A stretch of DNA of 35,269 nt from a virus (taxonomy: Duplodnaviria > Caudoviricetes): positions 1 through 35,269 of IMG/VR virus record IMGVR_UViG_3300027813_000035. The stretch is one strand, 5' to 3'. The position numbers and the translations under genes are program-made. Positions 17,445-26,169 of the stretch are shown piece after piece. How positions within the stretch are numbered: position 1 is the first letter of the stretch; every line of letters begins with the position of its first letter. The notes beneath the pieces are model-generated. The model ran no database searches. It had not been told where the DNA came from and saw only the letters and a program-made list of their open reading frames with translations.

Positions 17445-17452
17445 TATTTATA
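17445..17452 (-). promoter_or_regulatory. T4-type late promoter TATAAATA
   Basis: Exact consensus, 5 nt before ATG 17439. Confidence 0.75.
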
Positions 17453-17457
17453 AGGCC

Positions 17458-17489
17458 AAAAAAAAGGGCGACTTTTTAGGGTCGCCCTT
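17458..17489 (-). terminator. Rho-independent terminator after gp23
   Basis: AAGGGCGAC-CCTAAAAA-GTCGCCCTT followed by a U run. Confidence 0.9.
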
Positions 17490-17523
17490 CTTAAATCAAT
17501 CGTTAAACAACGATCAACCAATA

Positions 17524-18867
17524 TTACATTATGTTAGCAACTTGTACTCTTTGGTAGTATCTATTACTGTTCGCTGAACCAGCGTTGTTAACAGCAGTAG
17601 CAGCACCGGCTTGAGCACCTGTTTCTGCAAATGGGTTCGCAACTAAACCGTATCTAGTTTTGAAACCAATTTTTGGTTGGAATGTATCTTGTCCAACTGC
17701 TCTTACCATTTGTAATGGCACATAAGGGCAGTAGAAAATACCAGCGTCATAAGGTGAAGTACCTTTGTAACCGACAACATAGTATTGTTTAGCACTTGAA
17801 TTAGCACTATATGGATCAATATACACTTTGTATCTACCGTTTAATGTACCAGCAAAAGTATTACCAGTGTCATCAACAGATAGATTGTTGTTTAATGCAG
17901 GAGTGTAATCTAAAACACCAGCCATTTGTAAAGCACTTGCAACATCAGCTGAACAGATAATCATATTACCTTTTCCTCTTCTTGTTCTTTGTGCAATTCT
18001 ATTAGCATCTCTCTCTAGTTGGAACATAAGTCCTTTGAATCTCTCAACTGACCATCTTCCATTAGAGTCTGTGTCTAAATCAAAAACACCAGCTGTTGTT
18101 GTATTAACAGCGGCACCTTTTTCTGCATTGATATAAATTGTTCTTACTACTTCTCTATTGATTTCCGCAAGGATCTCAGCAGATAGGATATTTGCAAGTT
18201 CTGTTTCAGCGTCTAAACCGTGGATTGCTTTTAAGTCTTGAGCAAGTTCCATAGTGTATTCAGCCTTTAGAGCTCTTGATTTAGCAGTTACAGTAGATTT
18301 CTCTATTGAAAAAGCCATTTCAGCAAACTGGTTTGAACCAGCGTCACCCAATGCTTCAGCAGCACCAGTTGTCATTCCTTGACCTCTACTATAATCAGAT
18401 GATCCAGCACTAGCGTCATTTAATACACCAGGGTTAGTTCCACCGTGATCTGAAGGTGTAGCAGTTCCAGAAGAATCTCCAGCAGCGTTTCTGCTTGAAA
18501 AGTCTGTATCTGCTTCGTCAAATAATGCTTCGTTTCCTACTTGTGAAGTATATCTACTTCTCATTGCAAAGATAAGTCCAGTAGGACCAGTCATAGGTTG
18601 TACACCTGCGATATCGTATGCGATAAGATTTGGCATTGCTCTTCTAACTAAAGAAATTAGGATTGGATCCCAATTTGCAACTGAAGAACCAGTGCTTGAT
18701 GTAGGCGCTGCTTCGTTTAAGAAACCAGCGTCTTCTTTCATAGCTCTTTCTTGGTTTTCCAAGATAGTAGCTGTAACGGCTCGTCTGTAAGAATCCGTAA
18801 CTTTTGGTAAGTCAGGGTGTTCTAATACAGGCTGCCATTTTTTTTCGTATTGTTCTGATAAATACAT
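17524..18867 (-). CDS. gp23: Major capsid protein (T4 gp23)
   Basis: LVRRAMPNLIAYDIAGVQPMTGPTGLIFAMR, KSRALKAEYTMELAQDLKAIHGLDAE, QPKIGFKTRYG. Confidence 0.98.
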   Translation of the reverse strand: MYLSEQYEKKWQPVLEHPDLPKVTDSYRRAVTATILENQERAMKEDAGFLNEAAPTSSTGSSVANWDPILISLVRRAMPNLIAYDIAGVQPMTGPTGLIFAMRSRYTSQVGNEALFDEADTDFSSRNAAGDSSGTATPSDHGGTNPGVLNDASAGSSDYSRGQGMTTGAAEALGDAGSNQFAEMAFSIEKSTVTAKSRALKAEYTMELAQDLKAIHGLDAETELANILSAEILAEINREVVRTIYINAEKGAAVNTTTAGVFDLDTDSNGRWSVERFKGLMFQLERDANRIAQRTRRGKGNMIICSADVASALQMAGVLDYTPALNNNLSVDDTGNTFAGTLNGRYKVYIDPYSANSSAKQYYVVGYKGTSPYDAGIFYCPYVPLQMVRAVGQDTFQPKIGFKTRYGLVANPFAETGAQAGAATAVNNAGSANSNRYYQRVQVANIM

Positions 18868-18879
18868 TTTTATTTCCCT

Positions 18880-20076
18880 CTATTTATTTGACAACTTAAT
18901 GTCTTTTGTTTTACTTATAGCGGCACTATAAGCAGCCATTGCATTAGTTAAATCCTCGGGTTGAGAATTTGACTCCGCCGCAACATCATCTATTCCACTA
19001 GCAGACTCTTTCTTTCCAAAGTAACTTTCTTTAATAGTTGATACTTTAGATTTAAAATCTTCTTCGTTTGAATATTCAATTTCTTCAGCAAGTTTGTTAA
19101 ATTTCTCTTTTTGAGTTTCAGCAAGATTAGAAGCCGCAACATCAATGATGTCTTGTCTTTTTAGATCGCCGTTACTTTTTGATAATTCAACATTCTTTTC
19201 AATTGATTCGTTAAGTTTTTTGTTTAACTCCTCAATTTTTGAAGATTGATCTTCTAGTACATTATATTTTTCGTCTGGAACATCAATGTAATGGTCTTCA
19301 AATAATTTTTTTAGACCACTAATAAAGTCCTCAGCGATTTCACCTTTGATTCCTCGTTCTAAAGCAAGTTCGTTTTCTTTCATCCATTCTTCCACTACAT
19401 ATGCAAGGTAAGAATCAACTTTTTCAACTAACTCATCTTTAGACTTTGAAGTTTCTTCGGTTAATTTCTTGTCGTAATCTGCTTGTATTTCTTCTCCGAT
19501 TTCTTTTACTTTAGATTTAATCGCAGCCTCAAATACAGTTGCAGCTTTTGTTTTAAATTCTTCTGATAATGAATCTTCTCCAGCGACAAGAGCGTCAACG
19601 TGTTCTTTAACGTCAATCTCTTTTTCTTTACTTTCTTTTACCTTCTCGTCTTCTTTTTTATCTTCTTCCTTAACTTCAGATTTTTTATCATCTTCTTTAT
19701 GAGCTGACTCTTTTTTGTCTTCTTTAGAGTCATCTTTTTTGTCAAGGTATTTTTTTAGACCAGCTGGCATTTCGCCTTCTTTGATTTCTTTATCTTCCGA
19801 GTCTTTGTCAGTTTCTTTAGCGCCTTCTTTTTTCAAAGTAGGCATTGGATCAGGTGCGCCCTCAGATTTTTGAGGTGCTTGTCCAGAAACTTCTTTAACT
19901 TTTTTCGTTGCGTCAGGATTGCTGTCTGTTGGTTTAACAACAGCTGCGCCTAAATCTTCAGCACTATTAGATAGTGGCGAAGTTTCAGCTGCTACAGCAT
20001 TCTTCTTAGGAGCGTCTGGAGCCGTAGCTTCCATAACTTCTTGTATCGTATCCGCAACATTTTTATTGTCGGCCAT
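18880..20076 (-). CDS. gp22: Prohead scaffolding/core protein (T4 gp22)
   Basis: LSEEFKTKAATVFEAA, YLAYVVEEWM...; acidic coiled coil; lies between gp21 and gp23. Confidence 0.9.
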   Translation of the reverse strand: MADNKNVADTIQEVMEATAPDAPKKNAVAAETSPLSNSAEDLGAAVVKPTDSNPDATKKVKEVSGQAPQKSEGAPDPMPTLKKEGAKETDKDSEDKEIKEGEMPAGLKKYLDKKDDSKEDKKESAHKEDDKKSEVKEEDKKEDEKVKESKEKEIDVKEHVDALVAGEDSLSEEFKTKAATVFEAAIKSKVKEIGEEIQADYDKKLTEETSKSKDELVEKVDSYLAYVVEEWMKENELALERGIKGEIAEDFISGLKKLFEDHYIDVPDEKYNVLEDQSSKIEELNKKLNESIEKNVELSKSNGDLKRQDIIDVAASNLAETQKEKFNKLAEEIEYSNEEDFKSKVSTIKESYFGKKESASGIDDVAAESNSQPEDLTNAMAAYSAAISKTKDIKLSNK

Positions 20077-20126
20077 TGAAATCTCCTCTTATTGTTTAAA
20101 ACTAGTTTTAAATAGCTATTTAATGA

Positions 20127-20134
20127 TATTTATA
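20127..20134 (-). promoter_or_regulatory. T4-type late promoter TATAAATA upstream of gp22-gp23
   Basis: Exact consensus in intergenic DNA. Confidence 0.8.
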
Positions 20135-20137
20135 AAA

Positions 20138-20782
20138 CTAGAGATTTTTAAGAAAGCTTTTAAAGACTTTTACCTTAGCTTCTGCTAAAGCACTAGACTT
20201 TGCCTTCTCAATTTCTCGTTTCCAAGCTTCTATGTTCTTTTCAACGAGTACTCCGTTGTTCCATACCCACTCTTTACTCTCCATTATACCTTCTACGAAA
20301 GCGTCTGGAGCGCTGGGGTCTGCAACTATGTCGGCAGCAGTTGCTAAATAAAAGTCATCTTTTACATAGTTAGCACCACCTCTTGTTTCTAACGAACCCA
20401 TACCTCTACTAGATACACCCAATTGAGCGCCTTCGTCAATAAGACCTTTTACAATCTTACCGTAAGGTGTGTTCATTATTTTAGCTTCACCGACAAAATT
20501 AGTGCCCTCTGGAGCAAGTTTTGTAATCATATGACTAACTCTTTCCAGGTTTACTGTTGGTCCGTCAGGATGTCCTAACTCGCCAAATGCTCTTTTCTTG
20601 TTGATAAATTCTGCGTTATATCTTTTTACTTCCTTTTCAAGTATGTCTTTCCCATAGACTCGTCCATTTCTATTCTTTATATCGGATTGTAAGAAGATAC
20701 CTCTAATTTTATAATTCTTTTTGCCACCAGTTTCTTCAACTAGGCATTCTGCATTTGTGATTTCTTCGGATATTAATTTCAT
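20138..20782 (-). CDS. gp21: Prohead protease (T4 gp21)
   Basis: NRNGRVY, GELGHP, GVSSRGMGS, DIVADPSAPDA. Confidence 0.97.
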   Translation of the reverse strand: MKLISEEITNAECLVEETGGKKNYKIRGIFLQSDIKNRNGRVYGKDILEKEVKRYNAEFINKKRAFGELGHPDGPTVNLERVSHMITKLAPEGTNFVGEAKIMNTPYGKIVKGLIDEGAQLGVSSRGMGSLETRGGANYVKDDFYLATAADIVADPSAPDAFVEGIMESKEWVWNNGVLVEKNIEAWKREIEKAKSSALAEAKVKVFKSFLKNL

Positions 20783-20806
20783 ATGTTCTCTCTTTGTACT
20801 TGTATA

Positions 20807-20814
20807 TATTTATA
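20807..20814 (-). promoter_or_regulatory. T4-type late promoter TATAAATA upstream of gp21
   Basis: Exact consensus in intergenic DNA. Confidence 0.8.
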
Positions 20815-20821
20815 AGATTTT

Positions 20822-21214
20822 TTATCTAAACTCTACTAAAATCGTGTAATTATCCCCTATTACAAAGTCCCTTGTAGAGAGTAAAACATCACCTGTTGGT
20901 GTACCTGCGTTGTTTGATATAGAGTTTCCTGATGTACGCAAGTCCCAATAACCTTGACCTGATAACAGTAATCCAGTTGCGTTTACATCACCATCCCATA
21001 ACAATTCTACGCAAGCTTTCTTACTTATTGAGTTAACTGAAAACCATATTTTTGCAATTTTTCTATTTGCGTCTTCGGTCATAAAAGTAGTCGTTGAAGC
21101 GTCTATTTTTTTAACTAAAGATTCACCAGAACCGTCTGATATGTTAGTCATTTTTATAACATACTTAACACCTGAAGTGTCTGATAATACTTGTGTTGAT
21201 ACTGTATCTGCCAT
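20822..21214 (-). CDS. Hypothetical beta-rich protein in the head gene cluster
   Basis: Clean ORF with SD-like AGGA, co-oriented in the late operon. Confidence 0.75.
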   Translation of the reverse strand: MADTVSTQVLSDTSGVKYVIKMTNISDGSGESLVKKIDASTTTFMTEDANRKIAKIWFSVNSISKKACVELLWDGDVNATGLLLSGQGYWDLRTSGNSISNNAGTPTGDVLLSTRDFVIGDNYTILVEFR

Positions 21215-21223
21215 TTTTATTTC

Positions 21224-21448
21224 CTATTGTGCGTCATAATAAGATTTAGAAAGTTCTCCACGCTCTTTTGTTTCGCCTTTCTTTCTACATCTTACATAAG
21301 TTTGTTCTACTGTTCCAGTTCCAGGTCTTGTATAACTTCTTATACCACCTGAATATGTTCCAGAAGCGTCTGTATATGTGTTAGAAGCTGTAGCAGTATT
21401 TTCAAACTGCCATACACTATTTGATCCTGGTACATCTACCCACGCCAT
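21224..21448 (-). CDS. Hypothetical protein, 74 aa
   Basis: Clean ORF tightly packed between neighbours; SD GAGGA. Confidence 0.7.
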   Translation of the reverse strand: MAWVDVPGSNSVWQFENTATASNTYTDASGTYSGGIRSYTRPGTGTVEQTYVRCRKKGETKERGELSKSYYDAQ

Positions 21449-21449
21449 A

Positions 21450-21689
21450 TTATTCCTCTATTTGTTCTTTTAGTTCGTCATCAAAGTATTCTTCAATGTC
21501 GTCTTTATTAACATTATGAAATTTTGAAACTTTTTCTATTGCATTTTCAAAATTAAATATTAAGTTGCCTTCACTTTTAACTAACTTCATAACATCATTA
21601 ATCGCCTCTTTTAAAACTGGCGTTAAGTTGTTATATGAATCGCTATTAAACGCCTGTTGTGTCTGTATTAACTGGCTGACTTTCTGCAT
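21450..21689 (-). CDS. Hypothetical acidic protein, 79 aa
   Basis: Start moved to ATG 21689 with SD GAGGT; overlaps the end of the upstream gene. Confidence 0.6.
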   Translation of the reverse strand: MQKVSQLIQTQQAFNSDSYNNLTPVLKEAINDVMKLVKSEGNLIFNFENAIEKVSKFHNVNKDDIEEYFDDELKEQIEE

Positions 21690-21951
21690 TTGATACCTCT
21701 GGTGTTTCTGGTTGTGCTTCTGCTCCTGTAGGTTCAACTTGTCCATCTTGTGTAAAAGTACCTGTACCTGCGACCTCTGGTTTTGGATCACTATGAGGTT
21801 GTGCCTGGAACATATTTCCAGCAACATCTTGTCTTTTAACATCTAGTTGATCGCCAACTTTAGCTCTCAATGCGTCTTTAAAAGCATCTCCAGCACCGAC
21901 CATATCATTTGCACTCATCTTGTCTATAAAGTTTTTTACTTCTTCACTCAT
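21646..21951 (-). CDS. Small acidic prohead core protein (gp67-like by position)
   Basis: Immediately follows portal; helical N-terminus (FKDALRAKVGDQLD) and acidic tail; SD AGGAG. Confidence 0.6.
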   Translation of the reverse strand: MSEEVKNFIDKMSANDMVGAGDAFKDALRAKVGDQLDVKRQDVAGNMFQAQPHSDPKPEVAGTGTFTQDGQVEPTGAEAQPETPEVSNAESQPVNTDTTGV

Positions 21952-21961
21952 TTTTTATCTC

Positions 21962-23488
21962 CTATAATAAATCATCATTGCCTGTTGTTTGTACTTCAGG
22001 TGATGATATGATACCGTCATCAATTTCTTTTTTGATTTCAGCATCCATTTTTTTGATTTCTGATTCTGTTTGTTTTAATATATTTCTTCTAACATAGTTA
22101 ACAGAAAAATATTTACCAACGTAATCTCTAACTTCTCTTGCCAAGCCTAATCTTTCTCTCATCATTTCAGTATTCTTCAATTCTGCAAAGTGACCGTCTT
22201 GTAAAAAGTCGTAGAAAATACTATCTCTAATTAAAGGCCATTCTGTTTCTGAAATTACACCTTTGATTATTAATTGTGTTCTTAATAGATCATTAAACAA
22301 TTCAGTAAATTTCTTTCTTAATCTGCCTACGAATTTAGTAAATTTTAATTCATCTCTACTAATTTCACTTGCACGACCAAGATTAAAACCTTGACTTGCC
22401 TCTAATCTACTTACAGGAACATTTAAACTTCTATAAAGTTTTGCCCTAAAGTATTCTATGTCTGCTATCTCACCTAAATTAGCACCACCTGGAAGTGTAG
22501 TAATATCTGTTCCTCTACCACCTTCTCTACTTGGTAACCAAAAGTCTTCAAGCATAGACATATAGTTTCTGTCATCTCTTATCTCTCCTGTTGAAGCGTC
22601 ATAAACAAGTTTGTTTCTATATCTTGCCATAACATCTCTTAAATAAGATTCTGCTTTTGCCTTAGGTAAATTACCTACATCAATCTTAAATATTCTTCTT
22701 TCAGGTGCTCTTGCGATTCTGTAAATCACAGCAGCGTCTTCAATCATTCTTAATTGATTGACAGGTTTAATTGCCTTATGTAAATAAGATAATATTAAAC
22801 CGTTCTTATTCTGATCTATCATTCCTGAGGGACAAAATGCAATAGTGTCCACAGCAATTTTAATTCCTTGTACAGAAGCTGCTCCTGATATTCCTCTTTC
22901 GTTATACACAAAATACTCAACAGTTTCGTCTGCAATATTAATGTTAGTAGGAGAGATCATACCTTCAGGTCTTCTCTTTCTAACTTCTCTAATCTTTTTA
23001 ACTTTTCTTGGATCAAGGTATTTTAATTCTACAATACCATTTTTTATATTTTCAGCATCAATAACCTTTTGAAAAAAGATTCTTCCATCAACATACCATC
23101 GTCTAAAGAGGTCGTGTCCTCTTGTATTAAACTGTAATAGTCTTAATACATCAGCAAATTCTTGTTCTATTCTTACTTTGATTGCTGAAGAATATTCTAG
23201 TCCGTCTGTAATAACTTTAACTGATTGTTTGTTTTCGTTTGAAGTAATTGCCTCATTGACAATATCCTCAATTGCCATATCACACTCTGGGTGTAAAGCA
23301 ATTTCTCTATATCTTCTAATTAAATCCTGCTCAGTCTTAGCAGTACCTTCCATATCAAGGTAACTACCAAAAAAACCACCAGCGGCAACTACTTGTGTGC
23401 CGTCTTCCGCTGCCGGTTGACTAAATTGTTGTTTTGGATCTGTTTGTGGTTTAACTCGTGTAATATTAAACCCAAATAACTCTGCCAT
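21962..23488 (-). CDS. gp20: Portal protein (T4 gp20)
   Basis: FRRWYVDGR, SYLHKAIKPVNQLRMIEDA, EDFWLPSREGGRGT. Confidence 0.97.
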   Translation of the reverse strand: MAELFGFNITRVKPQTDPKQQFSQPAAEDGTQVVAAGGFFGSYLDMEGTAKTEQDLIRRYREIALHPECDMAIEDIVNEAITSNENKQSVKVITDGLEYSSAIKVRIEQEFADVLRLLQFNTRGHDLFRRWYVDGRIFFQKVIDAENIKNGIVELKYLDPRKVKKIREVRKRRPEGMISPTNINIADETVEYFVYNERGISGAASVQGIKIAVDTIAFCPSGMIDQNKNGLILSYLHKAIKPVNQLRMIEDAAVIYRIARAPERRIFKIDVGNLPKAKAESYLRDVMARYRNKLVYDASTGEIRDDRNYMSMLEDFWLPSREGGRGTDITTLPGGANLGEIADIEYFRAKLYRSLNVPVSRLEASQGFNLGRASEISRDELKFTKFVGRLRKKFTELFNDLLRTQLIIKGVISETEWPLIRDSIFYDFLQDGHFAELKNTEMMRERLGLAREVRDYVGKYFSVNYVRRNILKQTESEIKKMDAEIKKEIDDGIISSPEVQTTGNDDLL

Positions 23489-23512
23489 AATTTATTCCTT
23501 TGTTTATATAAC

Positions 23513-23520
23513 TACTTATA
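23513..23520 (-). promoter_or_regulatory. Variant late promoter (TATAAGTA) upstream of gp20
   Basis: One mismatch from TATAAATA, directly after the gp19 terminator. Confidence 0.5.
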
Positions 23521-23528
23521 ATAGTTTT

Positions 23529-23557
23529 AAAAGGGCAGCTTTTAAGGGCCGCCCTTT
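23529..23557 (-). terminator. Terminator hairpin after gp19
   Basis: AAAGGGCGGC-CCTTAAAA-GCTGCCCTTTT; near-copy of the gp23 terminator. Confidence 0.8.
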
Positions 23558-23567
23558 AATTTATATA

Positions 23568-24095
23568 CTATGTTGTAGTGCTTGTTTCAAAATACTGATA
23601 TTGAAACGTAACTCCAAAAGTTTCCACAGCGTCATTTTCCGAATAAGATAGGTCTATTGCAGCTACCTCCGTAGGATATGCGCCTCTCAAAGTATAAGAT
23701 TTTAATGTATTACCATTTCTATCCAACTGATCTACAAATGCGTCAACTTGATAGTCAACAGGATTTGATAACCCCTCATTGTCAGACATATTATTGATAC
23801 CATTCTGCCATCTTTCAAAAGCATTTCTTAACTTGAAGTTAGTATCATTAAGGACAGTAATAGACCAATCTGCGAAAGTTCTATCTCCTGCTACTTTAAT
23901 TTGTCTTCCTCTAAATGGAACGTTGATATTTGCAATCGTCATTCCAGGTATTTGAGCTGTTGTACATAGAAACGCTAAGTCTTCTATTTCTCCACCAACT
24001 TGTGCGTAACCAGGAAAAGGCATTGTTACCTTAAACTGATTGGCTCTTGCGCCACCGCCAGCAAGTTTAGCTTTGAAGTCATTTATGTTTGCCAT
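23568..24095 (-). CDS. gp19: Tail tube protein (T4 gp19)
   Basis: GGGARANQF, VPFRGRQIKVAGDRTF, QLDR, FGVTFQY. Confidence 0.95.
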   Translation of the reverse strand: MANINDFKAKLAGGGARANQFKVTMPFPGYAQVGGEIEDLAFLCTTAQIPGMTIANINVPFRGRQIKVAGDRTFADWSITVLNDTNFKLRNAFERWQNGINNMSDNEGLSNPVDYQVDAFVDQLDRNGNTLKSYTLRGAYPTEVAAIDLSYSENDAVETFGVTFQYQYFETSTTT

Positions 24096-24117
24096 TTTAT
24101 TATTTCTCCTCTACTAA

Positions 24118-26055
24118 TTACCCAGCCACTTCTTCAAAAGAAACGCCAGTTCTGGTTGCGACAAAAGATAATGTGATAAAGTTGATACTTCTTGCAGGTT
24201 TTACAAAAATTTCTGCAATAAATTCATTTCTATCCACTACTTCGCCAGTGTTGTTAGTTTCATCACACACTACTAAAAAGTCTGTGATACCACGTCTACC
24301 TTGTACTTCTCTTAAAAAAGGTTCAACTATGTTTCTAAAGTTCGCTCTTGTAAATTCGTCATTGAATTCAAAGAGTTGGAATTTAGAAGCAGTAGCTACT
24401 GCCTTTTCTAAAATGATGAACAATCGTCTAACATTGATTCTATCAAAAGCACTCGGTGATGATAAACCAGTTTTATCTCCAAACAATACTGTTCCTTGTC
24501 CTGAGAAAGTTGCAACTGGATTTACTCTACTTGTGTAAAGATCATCTCTTTGTTGTTTTGTAGGGTTGTATGCCAATTTAGCAGCGCCTCTAATTACACC
24601 TCGGTTTAATCCGGCAGGTGAGAACCAAGCGTCAGCTAAAATGTCTGTTCTAGCAGCCAATCCAGCAATGTCTCCGTTTAATGGTACATATCTGTACACA
24701 TCATTGTATCTGTCATAACAATACTTGTAACCACTATCAAACACAACATAACTAGATGATCTCATTCCATTAAAGAAACCAAGAACATTACTTGTTTGTG
24801 TATTTGAGTTAGAAACATTAACAACATCACTTCTTTGAGGACTTGCAAAGACTACACAGTCTTTTCTGTTCTCAGCGATAGTAATTAAGTTGTCAATATG
24901 ACTAGCAGAACCACTTGGTCCAGCAATTATTAATCCTACATCAACTGTTTCGGCGTCATTAAACTTCTCGTAAGCAGTTTTTAATTGACCGTCAGTTACA
25001 GTAGCACCATCTAATCCACCAGATAATGATTCATTTGCAGGTGTATCAACGCCAGTGAAGGTTGTACCTGCAGCTGTATTGCCCCAATTTGTTCCAGCTG
25101 AATTATGATCCATCCAGAATATATAATTAGATTTATTACTAATTACTGTTGGGTAGTAGTTGATATCTCCTTGTGGTGATTTTGCGTCTGAAGCTTTTGA
25201 AAGTTTAGAATAAGATTCTAAAACTGTTCCAGGAACTCCAGAAATTCCACCGTCTTCATCTATTACAACAATTGATATCTCATCGCCAGAGCCTGATCTT
25301 GTAGAAGCCCAAGCAGAAGTATTTGGAGCGCCATCAACTTGATCTGCGTATCTCCATTTTCTTTTGATTCTTGCGTTATCTACGACAGCAGAAATTAATC
25401 CACCTTCGCCTCTAGGATGCTGAACGATAGTTACAACTGTTGAAGATAGAGCAGTTACTCTATATTTTTCTCCAGAAGTAAAATCTACTCCAGAACCTGT
25501 ACCAGAAAACTCAATGACATCGCCGACATTAAGGTAACTAGTTGCGTCTGAATCAACTGTTATTGTTGTATCTCCAACAGCGGCACCGCCGTCTGCTTGT
25601 TGAGATACAGATGTTGTTTGTTCAAATGCCGAAGCACTTGAGCAAGTTGCGACTAATAAACTATTTCCCCATAAACCTGCTGATCTAGCAGCAAATGTTC
25701 CAACAGAGCCTTCGCCCGCTGAGAAATTGTCTTCGTAGTCTTGTTTATTTTTTACTAGTAAACCAGTTCCACCGGAAGTTGCGTTTACTGTACTCGTTTG
25801 GCTAGCTCGTACTATTCTTAATGAATTAGAATATTGTAGAAAGTTAGCAGCGCTGAAAAAATACTCAAAGTTATTTACATCAGGTTTGCCGAATGTGTCC
25901 ACAAATTCTTGTTCACTAGATACAGAAACAATTTCATCTAAAGGTCCTTTGCTGAATTGTCCAGCAAAAGCACCAATTGAAGTTGATACTGCAGGAATGA
26001 TTCTTGTTAAATCTCTTTCCTGTACGAGAACACCTGGTGATACTTGAAATGCCAT
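24118..26055 (-). CDS. gp18: Tail sheath protein (T4 gp18)
   Basis: SPGVLVQERD, WFSPAGLNRG, AFDRINVRRLF, KPARSINFI. Confidence 0.97.
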   Translation of the reverse strand: MAFQVSPGVLVQERDLTRIIPAVSTSIGAFAGQFSKGPLDEIVSVSSEQEFVDTFGKPDVNNFEYFFSAANFLQYSNSLRIVRASQTSTVNATSGGTGLLVKNKQDYEDNFSAGEGSVGTFAARSAGLWGNSLLVATCSSASAFEQTTSVSQQADGGAAVGDTTITVDSDATSYLNVGDVIEFSGTGSGVDFTSGEKYRVTALSSTVVTIVQHPRGEGGLISAVVDNARIKRKWRYADQVDGAPNTSAWASTRSGSGDEISIVVIDEDGGISGVPGTVLESYSKLSKASDAKSPQGDINYYPTVISNKSNYIFWMDHNSAGTNWGNTAAGTTFTGVDTPANESLSGGLDGATVTDGQLKTAYEKFNDAETVDVGLIIAGPSGSASHIDNLITIAENRKDCVVFASPQRSDVVNVSNSNTQTSNVLGFFNGMRSSSYVVFDSGYKYCYDRYNDVYRYVPLNGDIAGLAARTDILADAWFSPAGLNRGVIRGAAKLAYNPTKQQRDDLYTSRVNPVATFSGQGTVLFGDKTGLSSPSAFDRINVRRLFIILEKAVATASKFQLFEFNDEFTRANFRNIVEPFLREVQGRRGITDFLVVCDETNNTGEVVDRNEFIAEIFVKPARSINFITLSFVATRTGVSFEEVAG

Positions 26056-26149
26056 AAGTTATTCTCCTCTAATTAGCTAATTTAATTACCATATTTGTTC
26101 AAAAATCGTATTATTAATACGCCCATATTTAAATTTCAATTCTTACTGA

Positions 26150-26157
26150 TATTTATA
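26150..26157 (-). promoter_or_regulatory. T4-type late promoter TATAAATA upstream of gp18
   Basis: Exact consensus in intergenic DNA. Confidence 0.8.
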
Positions 26158-26169
26158 ATACATCAAAAC

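Noticed and set aside
19620-19830. Quasi-repetitive K/E/D-rich DNA in gp22 (likewise 4480-4680 in the VWA gene)
   Set aside because: Low-complexity protein linkers, not tandem repeats or a CRISPR array; no fixed repeat-spacer period seen anywhere in the window.
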